A stretch of DNA of 64,000 bases, from NCBI GenBank assembly GCA_016748015.1, contig JAAOMT010000597.1, positions 186,001 to 250,000 on the forward strand, in the 5' to 3' direction. This DNA comes from Geosiphon pyriformis uo1 (taxonomy: Eukaryota > Fungi > Glomeromycota). This document shows positions 10,330 to 23,800 of this stretch, in pieces. Position 1 is the first letter of the stretch, and each line of letters begins with the position of its first letter. The notes beneath the pieces were generated by a model. It saw only the letters and a program-made list of their open reading frames with translations, did no database searches and was not told where the DNA came from. A program made the translations under genes and the position numbers.

Positions 10330-11560
10330 ATGAATATACAAAAATACCAACAACTACAACATTATATAAAGATTTAATTGTTCAAGGAGAAATTATCTCA
10401 AAAAGAACAAAAAGACATAAAACAACAATCCAAATATTTTATTAACCATTAAAATATACTTTATTGGAAAAACAAGAAAAATTCAGATCAACCAATCAGA
10501 GTAATCACAGAATCAAAGAAAGAGACAATATTATTCAATATGCATTTAGACCCAACAGCAGGGCATTTTCACAAAGAAGCAACCATGGAAAGAACCAGAA
10601 AAAGATACTATTGGCCATTAATGTATTTAGACATCATCCAATACGTGCAAAATTGTAATGCTTGTTAGAGAAGAGAAAAAGCAAGACCAAGTGAATCATT
10701 AAGACCAATTAAAGTAGAACAACCATTTGATCACATTGGAATTGACTTAGTTAGACCATTAACAATCACCAGCAGAGACAACAGATATATTGCAGTAGCC
10801 ATGGACTATCTCACCAAATGGCCAAAAGCAAAAGCCATTCAAAGAGCAGATGCAGAATCTGTTGCCAAATTTGTTCATCAAGATTTGATTTGTTGACATA
10901 GATGTCCAAAAAAACTATTATCAGATCAANNNNNNNNNNNNNNNNNNNNNNNNNNNNNNNNNNNNNNNNNNNNNNNNNNNNNNNNNNNNNNNNNNNNNNN
11001 NNNNNNNNNNNNNNNNNNNNNNNNNNNNNNNNNNNNNNNNNNNNNNNNNNNNNNNNNNNNNNNNNNNNNNNNNNNNNNNNNNNNNNNNNNNNNNNNNNNN
11101 NNNNNNNNNNNNNNAAACATTGTTGAAAAGAACATATGACTTAATGAAAACACTAAAAAACAGACAACAAAAAGCAGCTGACAACATACAAAAGTCACAA
11201 GAGAAACAAAAAGAGAGACACAATAACCAACTATCAGACAAACCAGTTGAATTCAAGATTAGAGACAAAGTACTTCTACATCATACTAAAGTGAAAAAAC
11301 AATGGAATGAAAAATTTGACCCCAAATGCAATGGACCATTTCACATTGAAGAAATTTTTGGAAATAGAGCTTACAAATTAAGATGGGACAATAAAATCTT
11401 AGCCAAAGCAGCACATGGTAATCAACTGAAACAATATTACTAGATAGTATTATCATCTACCAATAATATTCTACAACTAGAAGTACAAAGAATACTAGTT
11501 CAACCAGATGAGATTCCACAAGATCTGGAACCAATCATAGTTATTGAACCAAACACATAA
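10330..11560 (+). pseudogene. B1 integrase, separate ORF (contains an assembly gap)
   Basis: ATG at 10330 (MNIQKYQQL), HHCC region, IGIDLV, NGPFHI. Confidence 0.9.
10930..11114. other. Assembly gap of 185 N
   Basis: Run of N; the homologous B2 interval 27771-28102 is about 332 bp. Confidence 0.99.
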
Positions 11561-11619
11561 AATCAAACAATCAGAGAGTATATAAAGACACAGTATACAC
11601 AACAAAAGCAATCAAGAAA

Positions 11620-12255
11620 ATAGAAATACCAGATTATATTCACACTATAGCTCAACAATTGTTTTAGGTCTTAAGTCAACAATAGTTAGACATGAAAATT
11701 ATCATTAACAACCAAACAATTTGCTATTGAAACACTAAAAGAAAGACAAAAAACACACCATATTAGCAGATACCAAAGAATGATAAAAACTGGTCAGATA
11801 ACATAATAGAAAAAGTAAAGAACACATTTGGGAAAATACCTATTATAGCACCAACAGAAGAACTTACAAAAGAGAATTGGAAACAATGGACAGAACAACT
11901 TCTAATATCATATTGTTACTACCAGTTAGGTCGGAAGTTGAATATTCAGGAGTTGTATATCGACAAATCCAAAAAAATATTCAACCAAGACATAATACAG
12001 CAAATTAAAGAATTTATTAGAAAGAAAATAAATTCAACACTACATGTTAGAACAATATACTGACTACACAACATATTTTGAAACTATCCAGAAATACTAT
12101 TACACTCTGACATGGAAACCATAACCATTAACCAATGGGAAAGAATGAACAATACACAAGTGGAAGATATGAGAAACAGAGTCAAACAAACAATACTTGA
12201 AAAGGAAGTATTAGAATTAATTCAAAACAAAGATTTCGACAGAGCTCAATATTAA
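11620..12255 (+). pseudogene. B1 ORF3 (~211 codons), decayed
   Basis: YCYYQLGRKLNIQ...DFDRAQY*, homologous to 50305-50973. Confidence 0.85.
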
Positions 12256-12269
12256 AAAAAAAGAGATAA

Positions 12270-13151
12270 TATTACTTATAGAAAAGAAAAACAGATATAG
12301 GAAAATAGTAGACCAATAGGAAAGTAGTAGTTAGTATGTGAGCATATTGCTCAGCAATGTGGAGCAATGTCAGAAAGTATGGCACATTGCTTAGCAATGT
12401 GGAGCAATGTCAAAAATCACAGCATATTGCTCAGCAATATGGAGTGATGTCAAGAAAATATGGCATATTGCTCAGCAATGTGAGCATTGCTTGAAAAATT
12501 ATAGCACATCACTTGGGAATGTGAGCAATTTCGTAAAACCCAAATTATGTATATATAGTGATAGCATTAGAAGTAGAAAGGACAGACCTCTTAGTTTAGA
12601 TTTAATCTAAGCAACTTTCTATTTACAAATATCAATAAATAATTATTTACTATCTCAATCCACTCTCCACTATCAACACTTTATGTTAATAGTAAGTGAT
12701 ACTTAACCACACGAGAACAATAGCTCTTGATTATGGCTATTGATGGGAAACTAACTTGCAATTGCTTTCATTTATTTTTTTATTTTTTTATTTTATTTCT
12801 TTTGTTTTGTCATTTTGTTGATTTTACTAAACTAATTAAAAATTAAGCACTGAGTTATTAATGTCAAGAATAGCCTGGTAAAAGACTCCAAAGGAAGAAT
12901 ATAGGAATTGAGAATTTAAGGATAGCTTACCAGAAGGGCATCTCTGCCAAGATTACTGGCCACCATGCTGAGAAAAAAATTCGATGAAATTGCAATTCCA
13001 GGAGGCTATGGGAAAGACAACACTTAAATCTCTGTTTATTATACAAAGAACATCACAACAAAACCTTCAGATATTGACACCAGAATACCAATCTAGCACC
13101 AAGTTACGGATTTGTTATTTGACTTGAGACCCCAAATAATTATTTGTAACA
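12270..13151 (+). repeat. B1 3' LTR
   Basis: Follows a purine tract; ends TGTAACA, then ATGT. Confidence 0.95.
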
Positions 13152-13155
13152 ATGT

Positions 13156-13345
13156 CTTACAAAACCCAATACTCCATCCAATAAAGATTCAATATATTGA
13201 AAAGCTCACAGAACTGAAATTTCAACAATTTTCAGACCAGATCACTTCAATTATCTTGGACTATTATTTTAACATTACAGATAGTACTTGGACTTCGATA
13301 GAACTTAGTCTTGAGAAGAAGATTATATTACTAGTAGAATTTTAG
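13156..13345 (+). pseudogene. Element A ORF3, 3' part (reads into the LTR)
   Basis: LQNPILHP...ELSLEKKIILLVEF* matches the G ORF3 C-terminus. Confidence 0.85.
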
Positions 13346-14308
13346 CTATTAATTAGCATGAAATTACTTTTATAATTTCTATTATTAATTAGCATATACT
13401 ATTATTATTTTCAATATTACTCTTATTTAAATCAAATTATCAAATATTATTACTCAATCAATAATCTAATTTGTACCATAAAAATTAAGATGATCAAATT
13501 ACACAATACTCTGAATTATTTAATATAGTCAAAATTTGCCAAAATTAATAAAAATTGGCCGAAATAATCAATAGTTCAGTAAAATAACTTGTAGTTTGCT
13601 GAAATGTATTTTTAGTTCACCCAAATTATAGCAAAAAAAAAAGAGCAAATTTAAAAACTAGTATTACAACAAATTGTATAAAAAAAGAGCTTTTCTCTTC
13701 AAAAAAATGTATTTTCTTATAGTATTTTCTTATAGTATCTTACCAATGCATTTTACTTTAGATATTTTAATTGAAACAAATCATCTTTTACACATTCAAA
13801 TAAAAATTAAATATTTAAAAACCAAATCCTTAAATTATTACACTTGAAATTCTCTCAACACAACTAACATTTTGAAATTGATTAGCTACCAATTTCAATA
13901 AACTGTTAGTAACTCCAGGTCTGGATAAAAAACGTTTTCCTTGTTAGAATTCTATTTTTTTTACATTTTTTTTATTTTTTTTTATTTTTTGTATCATAAT
14001 TATTAGGATAGCCTACAGACAAGATTCCTGTAGAAGAGTTAACTTTTACAGCAAAGTAACTACACATTTTAGTGAGCTTTCAAACAAGCAATTCCTGAGA
14101 AAAAATTGATGTTTACTACAATGTAACTACAGAAAGTAACTGGCATAGAATTGGTTATTTCACTTAAAAATCCAGCAGTTCAAATTATAGGAGATAATTT
14201 GAAGATAAATTCAGTTACTGGAGGTCCAACTACTTCCTAAAAACGTGAATTCACAGCAAATTAACATTAACAACATTCAAGAAAAGAGACCAAAAATCTC
14301 TGGGAACA
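13326..14308 (+). repeat. Element A 3' LTR
   Basis: Reverse-complement homologue of G LTRs; followed by ATGG. Confidence 0.9.
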
Positions 14309-15895
14309 ATGGTTATTATTTTCATTTTTAAGTATAGTAGTATTTTTGGGTAATTTTGAAATATGATGTATAGTCAATAAATTGTTCTAATGTATAGTGT
14401 TGAATTTGTTTTTTTCCTAATAAAGTCTTTAATTTGTTGTATTATTTCTTGATTGAATATTTTCCTAGATTTGTCAATATATAATTTCTGAATATTCAGC
14501 TTTTGTTCCAATTGATAGTAATAATATAGTATTCGAAATTATTTTGTTTATTGCTTCCAATTTTCTTTTATTAGTTCTATTATTGGAATTATAATGGGTA
14601 TTTTTCCAAATATATTCTTTACTTTTTCTATTATCTTATCTGATTAGTGTCTTGTTTGGTTCTATAATTATTGATATGATGTAGTTTTTTTTTTTCTGTT
14701 TATTTAAATATTCTGGTAGCAAATAATCTGGTAATTAATAACAATTTTTATTTCTATTTGTTGTTGATTCAAGGCTTGGAGTAGTTGTTGAGCCATTGTG
14801 TGGATGTGATTTGGTATTTTTATCTTCTATTGTTGTTTTTGTTGCATATACTATGTTTTTATATATTCTTTTATTTAATTAATTTGACATGTTTGTATTG
14901 ATAATTATGATTGGTTCTAGATCTTATGAAATCTCATCTGGTTGGATTAGTATTTATTGTACTCTTAGTTGTGAAATATTACTGGTGAATAATGATGTTG
15001 TGTTGTAATATGGTTTCAGTTGATCTTTATGTGCTGTTTTAGCTAAGATTTTGTTGTCTTATCTTAGTTTATAAGTTCTATTTTCTAGAATTTTTTCAAT
15101 ATAGAATAATCCATTTTATTTGGGATCAAATTTTCTATTCCATTGTTTTTCTACTTTGGTATAATGTAAAAATACTTTGTTTCTAATCTTAAATTTAACT
15201 GGTTTGACTGGTAGTTGGCTATCATGTCACTTTTTTTGCTTTTTTTATGACTTTTATATATTGTTAGCTCCTTTTTGTCTTTTGTTTTCTAGAGTTTTTA
15301 TTAAGTCATATGTTTTTTTTAGCAATGTTTCTTAAAAGTTGTCTTCTATTATTGGTTCAGTTGAATATGTATTGATTTCTATCTTAACTGGTAATGTTGC
15401 TGTTTTACTATAAACAAGTTTAAATAGTGCTGTTTGTGTAATATCTTGTTTTATTGTCCAATAAGTAAATAGTACTGATGGTATAAACAAATCTCATTCA
15501 TTCCGGTTTTTTTAACTGATTTTGGCTATTGCTTCACACAATGTTCTGTTGAATTTTTCTACTAAACCATTTGTTTGAAGATGATATGATGATAATAATA
15601 GTTTTTTGATTTTAAATCTTTGGCTTAATTCTGTTAATGTTCTGTTTACAAAGTGAGTTCCTTGATCTGATAACAATTTTTTTGAACATTTATGCCAACA
15701 AATTAAATTTTAATGAATGAATTCAGCTATAAATTCTGCATCTGCTCTTTAAATTGCCTTTGCTTTTGGCTATTTAGTGAAATAATCTATGGCCACTATT
15801 ATATAAAAATTGCTTTTGCTGGTTATTGTTAACAGTCTGACTAAGTTAATTCCAATTTGATCAAATGGGTGTCCTACTTTAATTGGTCTTAATAG
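14309..15895 (-). mobile_element. Element C fragment: minus-strand B-related integrase core/C-terminus (~14890-15895) and ORF3 5' part (14309-14823); oldest layer
   Basis: Reverse complement aligns with B1 10700-12130; cut by A on the left and D on the right. Confidence 0.88.
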
Positions 15896-16778
15896 TATTA
15901 CTTATAGAATATAGAAAGTATATTAGCATAAATTAACCAATCAGAAGTAGTCATAGTAGATGTGGAATTTCAGGATTTCTTTTAAGAGGAATTGCAGGAT
16001 TTCAGGAATTTTAGGATTCTCATACAAGGAATCACAGAATTCCAGAATTTCAAGATTTCTTCAAAGAGATTATAAAATTACAGAAATTTCAGGATTTTTG
16101 GTGTAAAAAATTGAGGAATTGAGGAATCTCAATTATGTATATATAGTGATAGCATTAGAAGAAAAAAAGACAAGACCGCATCGACAAGGCAAAATTAGAA
16201 GTAAACTTTTCAGTTTAGATTTAATAAAAACAATCTTTTTATTTACAAAAATTAATAAATAACTATTCATTATATCAAATTCACTTTTCACTATTGACTC
16301 TTCATGTTGATAGTAATTGATACTTAATCATACTGAAACAATAGCTCTTGATCATAGCTATTGACAGAATACTAATTTTTTATTGTCTTGGCTTATTTTT
16401 TTATTTTTTTTTATTTTTTTTGGTTATTTTTTTTTGTTGTTTACTAAGTAAAGTTAAAAGAGTAAAGTGCTAAATTATTGACATCAAGGATAGCTTGATA
16501 AAAGACCCCAAAGGAATGGTATAGAATTGATAATTTATAAATAGCTTACCAGAAGGGCATCTCTGTCAAATTACTGGCCACTACACTGAGAAAAAAATTT
16601 GACAGAATTGCAATTCCAGAAGGTTACTAAAACATTATTGAATCTTTGTTCATTATACAAAAAACTTAACCAAAATCTTCAGACAACCAAAACCTTCAGA
16701 ACGACATCAGTATATCAATTGAACACCAAGTTATGGGTTTGTTATTTGATTTGAGACCCCAAATAATCACTTGTAACA
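15896..16778 (+). repeat. D 5' LTR with GGAATTCCAGGATTCC-type U3 repeats
   Basis: TATTA (decayed TGTTA)...TGTAACA, then TTTGGTGCT PBS. Confidence 0.92.
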
Positions 16779-16840
16779 TTTGGTGCTTTCTGTGAAGTAT
16801 AATCTTACAGAGAACCAGCACCAACAACAATCATCCAAAA

Positions 16841-19800
16841 GTAGCAGAATCAGAAATAATAGAGACAAACTATTTAGGATTTGCTAAATCCTTATTTTAA
16901 CAGTACAGCCAACAATTGGACTTAACCAACAACCATTATTCAACAGAATTAGTCTTCAACTTTTATGTCAACAAAAAAATCACAAATTTTCTGAAAAGAC
17001 CAGTTAACATTGAATCAGCAAGAGAAAATTTCTATACAGAATTAATCCAACATACCAGCTTATTATGAAATTACAGTTTTGCACCAATCATTAGAGAAAT
17101 TAATCAAGAAATTGAAAGATACACTCAACAACAATTTCCTATTACTTATGCAAATAAGAGTAAAGGAAAGTTACAAACACCAACAGCAACCCCAAAAGAA
17201 ATACAATTACTAATGTGGAAGAAACAAAGAATTGAATCTCCACTATATCCATTATATCATCACACACTCAAAAGTACCATCAATATTGTATCAGCAGGTA
17301 CATTCACATTAAATATGACATTAATATTTAAATGATATCCATTTCAAAATAAACAAAAGAAAGCAGAATTATTGAGAACTTATGGCAATTACTTTGAAGA
17401 ATTCAAATCATAATCCCTAACACCATCAGGATTTTGATCACCACTATTTCAACCAAATTTCAGAACCATGAGTTTTTGAGAGATAACCAAATTGGAAAAA
17501 GAGAAAGATGACAATCAAAAATTTAATTACCAGAATCTGATTGTAGAAAACCCAGAAGTTGAAACCCCGAATATTCAAACTCAAGAAAATTAGAACAATT
17601 CCAACTCCAATAATTAGAAACATCAGAACAATCCAAATCTTGACATAATTAATTACTAAAACTTATCTCCAGTAATCATGATTGATTCACCACTAGTCTT
17701 ACCAATTGCTGAACAATAACAACAATTACTACTACCACTCTAGCAGCAACTATAACAGCAATCCCAACCACAACTGCAGCAACAACTACCACTAACACTG
17801 ATGGCATATGCCCCTATTGCCAAATTAAAAAAATTTATTGGCAAAGAAGATAATGTTCAAGTTTGGCTTAATAACATTACCAAAGCAATTACTGCTAACA
17901 ATTAGAACAATACCAAAGCCCTACAGATCATTCTATACTTTTTGCAAGATACCACCAATTTATGGTATTAAAGCTTAATCAACAAACCTGTCACCTTTGA
18001 CACATTTAAAATGGAGTTTTTGAAATATTTTAGCAATTATAATAATATTAACTGCTTAGCCAATATTTTTACTATCATTAAACAAAAGAAAACTAAAGCA
18101 GTTACTACCTATTTAGGATGCTTTCATAGAAATTTACACCAAATACAAGCAATTAACATGAATTATTTTACAGTGCCACAGATTCTGAACCAGTTCATTT
18201 ATGGATTACGCAGTAGCATTCTTCAATGTGTACATCCAATGCATCCGCAAACTCTCCAAGATGCAGTTACTAATGCATGAGATTTTGAATTTACTGAGCT
18301 TGAAGCCAATTATGTCCAAGCCATAAATCTAGTAATGAATAAATTATCTGACTTGGATTTCAAATTAAAGCAATTCAGTAAATTAATCAATCAAAAATTA
18401 GAGGGATACTTAGCTAACAACAATTAGACAATTTATTAACCTCTTCAATGACACAATAATCAATCACATCCAAAATTAATCATGTCTATCATTATCAACC
18501 AATCAACAGTGGCAACCAGAAATGTGTGTTTGCTACTATTGTGGTAAACAAGGACATCTGCAATTTGAATGTTATAAAAGGATAAGCAATTAATGATTGG
18601 GAAATCAATATTAAAACTCCAATTGCCAGTTTTAAACTCTGAGTTACCAACCAAACCCAGAACTGTATCATCAAAATTACTTATCAATGATGCAGCAACC
18701 AATATATCAACTGCCAATATATCAGACTTTGACACCTATAATATATTAACCACAGTCATAAGTAATATACCAACCTCAGCAAATTCAAACACCACCACAA
18801 AATCTAACTCCAATGTTACATGGAAACCAAAAACTGAGATCCATTCAACAAAACTGGAGATTGGCAATGATTGTTCATTAACCAATTCCCAGTTCATCCA
18901 CCCAACAATCAAAAGCACACTAGTGGAGTTTAGGAACTGAATACACCCAAAACCCAAATTCCCAACACTATTTAAGTTTTCTGGTAACTCCAGAAGACAC
19001 CACATTCAACAAACTAAAACCCAACCAAAAACAATCATTGACTAGCAACATATCTCCAGCTACTGTTATCAATAATAAATCTCTAGCAGCAATTTTTTCT
19101 TTCAAACTCAAGGAAATCACACCAATTCCATTATTTAGTGGAGCTGCTCTAGAAAAAAAACCCATTATTACAATGTACACTAATGCTAAAGTCGATGAAC
19201 AGGCTATCAAACTGATTCTAAACAGTGGTTCAACAGGCAGTATTATCACACAGCAACTCATGGACCAATTAGGTTACCAAGTTGATTGTGCTGCTAGTGC
19301 CAGAATTATCATGGCTAATAGAGCCACAAAGACTCCTATCAGCAAAATTAATAACTTCTTTTTTGAAGTTAATGATATTACTGTACCAATCAAAGTTCTA
19401 GTGATGAAAGCTACCCAGTACCAAGTTCTTATTAGTAATAACTGGCTAGTCAAAACCAATACTATACTTGACTGAACTATACAAAAGCTCCAACTTAGTC
19501 AGAATAATTAACACACACATGTACCAGCCATGTACAGTTATTTCAAAATGAATACTAATCCAGCACCATTCATAGAATTGGAAAAAAAAAAACCTACTTA
19601 GAAAGCCTACCAAGTCTTATGGACCAACACTGATCATAACAAACTACTACTAATACTCTCTTGGGATAACAAAAGAAAAGGAAAAGAAGAAGACATACCT
19701 GAAAAAACCGGAAAAGAGAGTATTTACATGAGCCAATAGAAAAGTCATTATATATACCCCTCAAATGCAAGGACTGTAAAAAAAAACTTTCCTCTATGAG

Positions 19801-19971
19801 AGCTTGGATTACATTTAATAAAGACTATTGGACAAGAACTCACTATTATTGCAAGCCATGCCATAGAGAATGCTATGGCTATCCAAAAAAATAAGAAAAG
19901 TGGGACAATGAACTATGTCTCACTTGTAGTGAACAGTTACTCAACAAAAAAATGTGGAATGACATTTCTAG
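16841..19971 (+). pseudogene. gag-pol: D ORF1 part 1: Gag, protease, start of Cys-rich domain
   Basis: Homology to B Gag; CYYCGKQGHLQFEC; LILNSGSTGS. Confidence 0.88.
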
Positions 19972-20831
19972 TGTTACTCATAGAAAAGGAAAACAGATAT
20001 AGAAAAATAGTAGACCAATAGGAGAGTAGTAGTTAGCATGTGAGCACATTGCTCAGCAATGTGGAGCAATGTCAGAAAGTATGGCACATTGTTCAGCAAT
20101 GTGGAGCAATGTTAGAAATTATGGCACATCATTCAGCAATATAGAGCAATGTCAAGAAAATATGGCATATTGCTCAGCAATGTGAGCATTGCTTGAGAAA
20201 TTATAACACATTGCTTGGAAATGTGAGCAATTTTGTAGAACCCAAATTATGTATATATAGTGATAGCATTAGAAGTAGAAAGGACAGACCTCTCAGTTTA
20301 GATTTGATCTAAGCAACCTTCCATTTACAAAAATCAATAAATAATTATTCACCATTTCAATCTACTCTCCACTATCAACACTTCAACCACATAAGAACAA
20401 TAGCTCTTAATTATAGCTATTGACAGGATACTAACTTGCAATTGCTTTCATTTATTTCTTTATTTTTTTCTTTTATTTCTTTTGTTTTGTCATTTTGTTG
20501 GTTTTACTAAACTGATTAAAAATTAAGTGCTGAGTTATTGATGTCAAAGATAGTCTGGTAAAAGACCCCAAAGGAAGGGTATAGAAATTGAGAATTTAAG
20601 AATAGCTTACCAGAAGGGCATCTCTGCCAAGATTATTGGCCACCATGTTAAGAAAAAAATTTGACAGAATTGCAATTCCAGGAGGCTACAGAAAAGACAA
20701 TACTTGAATCTCTGTCTATTATACAAAGGACACCACAACAAAACTTTCAGATATTGACACCAGAATACCAACCCAGCACCAAGTTACAGATTTGTTATTT
20801 GACTTGAGATTCCAAATAATCATCTGTAACA
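19972..20831 (+). repeat. B2 5' LTR (about 22 bp shorter than the other B LTRs)
   Basis: TGTTA...GTAACA. Confidence 0.95.
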
Positions 20832-20894
20832 TTTAGTGCTCCCTGTGAGGTATAATCCTATAGAGAACCAGCACCAACTACACTTATTCCAAAA

Positions 20895-23800
20895 GTGGCA
20901 GAATCAGAAAGTATAGGAGCAAACCATTTAAGATTTGCAAAATCTTTATTTCAACACTACTGTCAACACTTAGGATTAAACCAAAATCATATATCAGTGG
21001 AATCAGTCTTCAATTTCTACATTAATGAGAGAATTGCATATTTGTTAAGAACACCAGTAAACACTGAATCAGCAAGAGAAACTTTTTACCACAAATTAAT
21101 CCAAAACACCAGCCTACCAACAAATTATAATTTTGCATCCATCATTACTGAGATTAATAAAGAAATTGAACATTACACACAACAAAGATACCTAATCACT
21201 TATGCTAGTAAAGGCAAAGGAAAATTACAAACACCAGCAGTGACACTAAAACAAATACAACCACCCACTTGGAAGAAAACCAGAGTTAAATCACCAACAA
21301 ATTCATTATACCACTATATACCTGGAAGTGCTATCAGCATTACATCAACAGGCATATCCACATCACATGTAACATTAATCTTTAGATGATTTCCATTTCA
21401 GAGTAAACAAAAGAAAGAAGATCTTCTAAGACCATACAGTGTGTATTTTGAAGGATTTAAGTCCCAATTACCAACACCATCAGGACTTCAATCTCCACCA
21501 CCCCAACTAGATTTTGGAACCGTGAGTTCCTGGGAAGTAATGGAATTGAAGAAAGAACAAGAAGAAAAAGAAGAAGAAGAATCTGAAGATCAAGAATTTA
21601 CTTACCAGAACCCGATCCCAGAGAATCCGAACATTGAAATCCTGAATTTCCAGACTCAGCAAAATCTAAATTTAGAAAATCTGGAAATTGAAACTCCGAA
21701 TTTTCAAATGCAGCCAAATCAGAATAACCAAAACCCTGACTTAATTAATCAACAAAACTTACCTTCTGGAATTATCATTAATCAGCCACTAGCTGAACTC
21801 ATATGACAGCCATCCTAACAACTGCTTTAACAAATTCATCAGCTGCCTATACCACAACAACAACAACAAATGGCATATGCACCAATTGCAAAGCTTGATA
21901 AATTCACCGGTGAAGAAGACGATGCCCAAGTCTGGCTGAATGATGTAGCTAAAGCAATTACAGCCAATAACTGGGATGATGCTAGAGCCATGTAAGCAAT
22001 TTTTTACTTTCTTCAGGACACTGCCGATGCATGGTACCAAAGTCTTGTCATCAAACCCCAAAATTTTAATGAATTCAAAACTGAATTTTTAAGGTACTTT
22101 AGTAACAATAATAGCATCAACAAGTTAGCCAACACCTTCACCACAATCAAACAAGGGGAAACTGAAGCAGTTATTACTTACTTGGGACAGTTCCACAGGA
22201 ACCTATGCCAAATTCAAGCAATCCAAGCTGACTATTTTACAGCACCACAAATTCTAAACCAGTTCATCTGTGGATTGCACAATAGCATCCTCCAACGTGT
22301 ACACCCAATGCACTCACAAACTCTCCAGGATGCAGTTACCAATGCATGAGATTTTGAAGCAGCTGAACTAGAAGCCAATTATGCTCAAGCTATAAATCTG
22401 GTTATGAATGAATCATCTGGATTGGATTCCAAATTAAAACAATTCAGTGATTCAATTAATCAGAAATTGAAAGGATATTTAGCTAACAATTGTGCAATAT
22501 ATCAACCACCACAATGACGCAATAATTCTGAAAACACGGATCATTTCCAGAATTAGTCATGTTCAACATCTTCAACCAATCAACAGTGGCAGCAAGAAAT
22601 GCATATTTGCCACTATTGTGGTAAACAAGAACATTTGCAATTTGAATGTCGAAAAAAGATAAGTGATCAGAGATCAGTTAATTAGTATTAAAACTTTGAT
22701 TGCCAACTACAAACTCAGAATTACGTCAGTAATCAATCAAACTTAGCTCTATATCAACAAGATTATCTACCTATAATACAGCCAATATATCAAACACCAA
22801 TGATGCAACAATTATACTCATTTCTAGTCTATCAGCCTCCAGCAGCAATTTATTAACCACAGTTCCAACACAATTATCAGCCACAGTCTCAGGTAAATTA
22901 TCTGCCCCAACAACATCAAACACCACCACAGAATTTATCTCAAAACAGAACTCAAAGGCCGAGATTAATACAGCAAAGCTGGAGATTGTTAATGGTAATC
23001 TATCAACTGATTCCCAGTTCCACAGCACAACCATCAGGATCTTGACCATAGAATTTGGGCACTGAGTACACCCAAAACCCGAATTATCAGAACTATTTAA
23101 GTCTTCTGGTTACCCCAGAAGGCATTCCATTCAATAATCCAAAAACCAACCAAAAACAATCACTCACCAACAACATACCTCCAGCCACCGTCACCAATGA
23201 CAAATCACTAGCAGCAATTTTTCCATTCAAACTTGAAGAAACTACACCAGTCCCATTATTCAGTGGAGCTGCTCTTGACACCAAACCAATCACCACTATG
23301 TACACTGATGCCAAAGTTGATGGCTACTCTATCAAACTAATCCTAGATAGTGAATCAGCTGGCAGCATTATTACAAAGCAACTCATGGACCAATTAGGTT
23401 ACCAAGTTAATTGCGCTGCCAGCACCAGAATCATAACTGCCAATGGAACAACCAAAACTCTCATTGGTGAGATTGATGACTTCTCTATAAAAGTCAATGG
23501 CATTATTGTACCAATCAAAGAATTAGTTATGGAAGCCATCCAATACCAAGCACTTGTTGGTAATGATTGGCTATCTAAAACCAATGCATTGCTTGATTGG
23601 AATATGCAGAAGCTTCAAATCAGCCAGAATGGACAACACACATGTGTACTAACCATGTGTGGCTGGTACACAACTACCAACTTGATAGCACCACTCATAG
23701 AGTTCAAAAAAGAAAAAAAAAACCTACCTGGGAAGCTTATCAAGTGTCCTGGGCTGGTGAAGAACACAACAAGCTGCCACCAGTACCTTTGTGGGATGAC

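Larger units (their letters stand above)
3116..13151 (+). mobile_element. Element B1: full-length dUTPase-bearing Ty3/gypsy element
   Basis: Two 882-bp LTRs, PBS, purine tract before 3' LTR, TSD ACGT/ATGT, complete domain set. Confidence 0.95.
1..14308 (+). mobile_element. Element A: Ty3/gypsy LTR retrotransposon (family A/G), 5' part outside window, interrupted by B1 at 3116-13151
   Basis: RT/RNase H, integrase, ORF3 and a 3' LTR homologous to element G. ORF3 rejoins across B1 (gaa aac gt|c tta caa = ENVLQ, as in G). Confidence 0.92.

Noticed and set aside
10902-11268. ORFs spanning the N run
   Set aside because: Artefacts of the assembly gap.
12407-12610. 67-aa ORF conserved in the B1 and B2 3' LTRs
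   Set aside because: It translates the U3 repeat and is not called in the 5' LTRs. The identity reflects the B1/B2 sharing described above.
23700-23725. Programmed frameshift at the A-run in B2 (and similar slips in B1 at ~8325 and ~9180)
   Set aside because: Each slip is private to one copy; the sister copy and G stay in frame.
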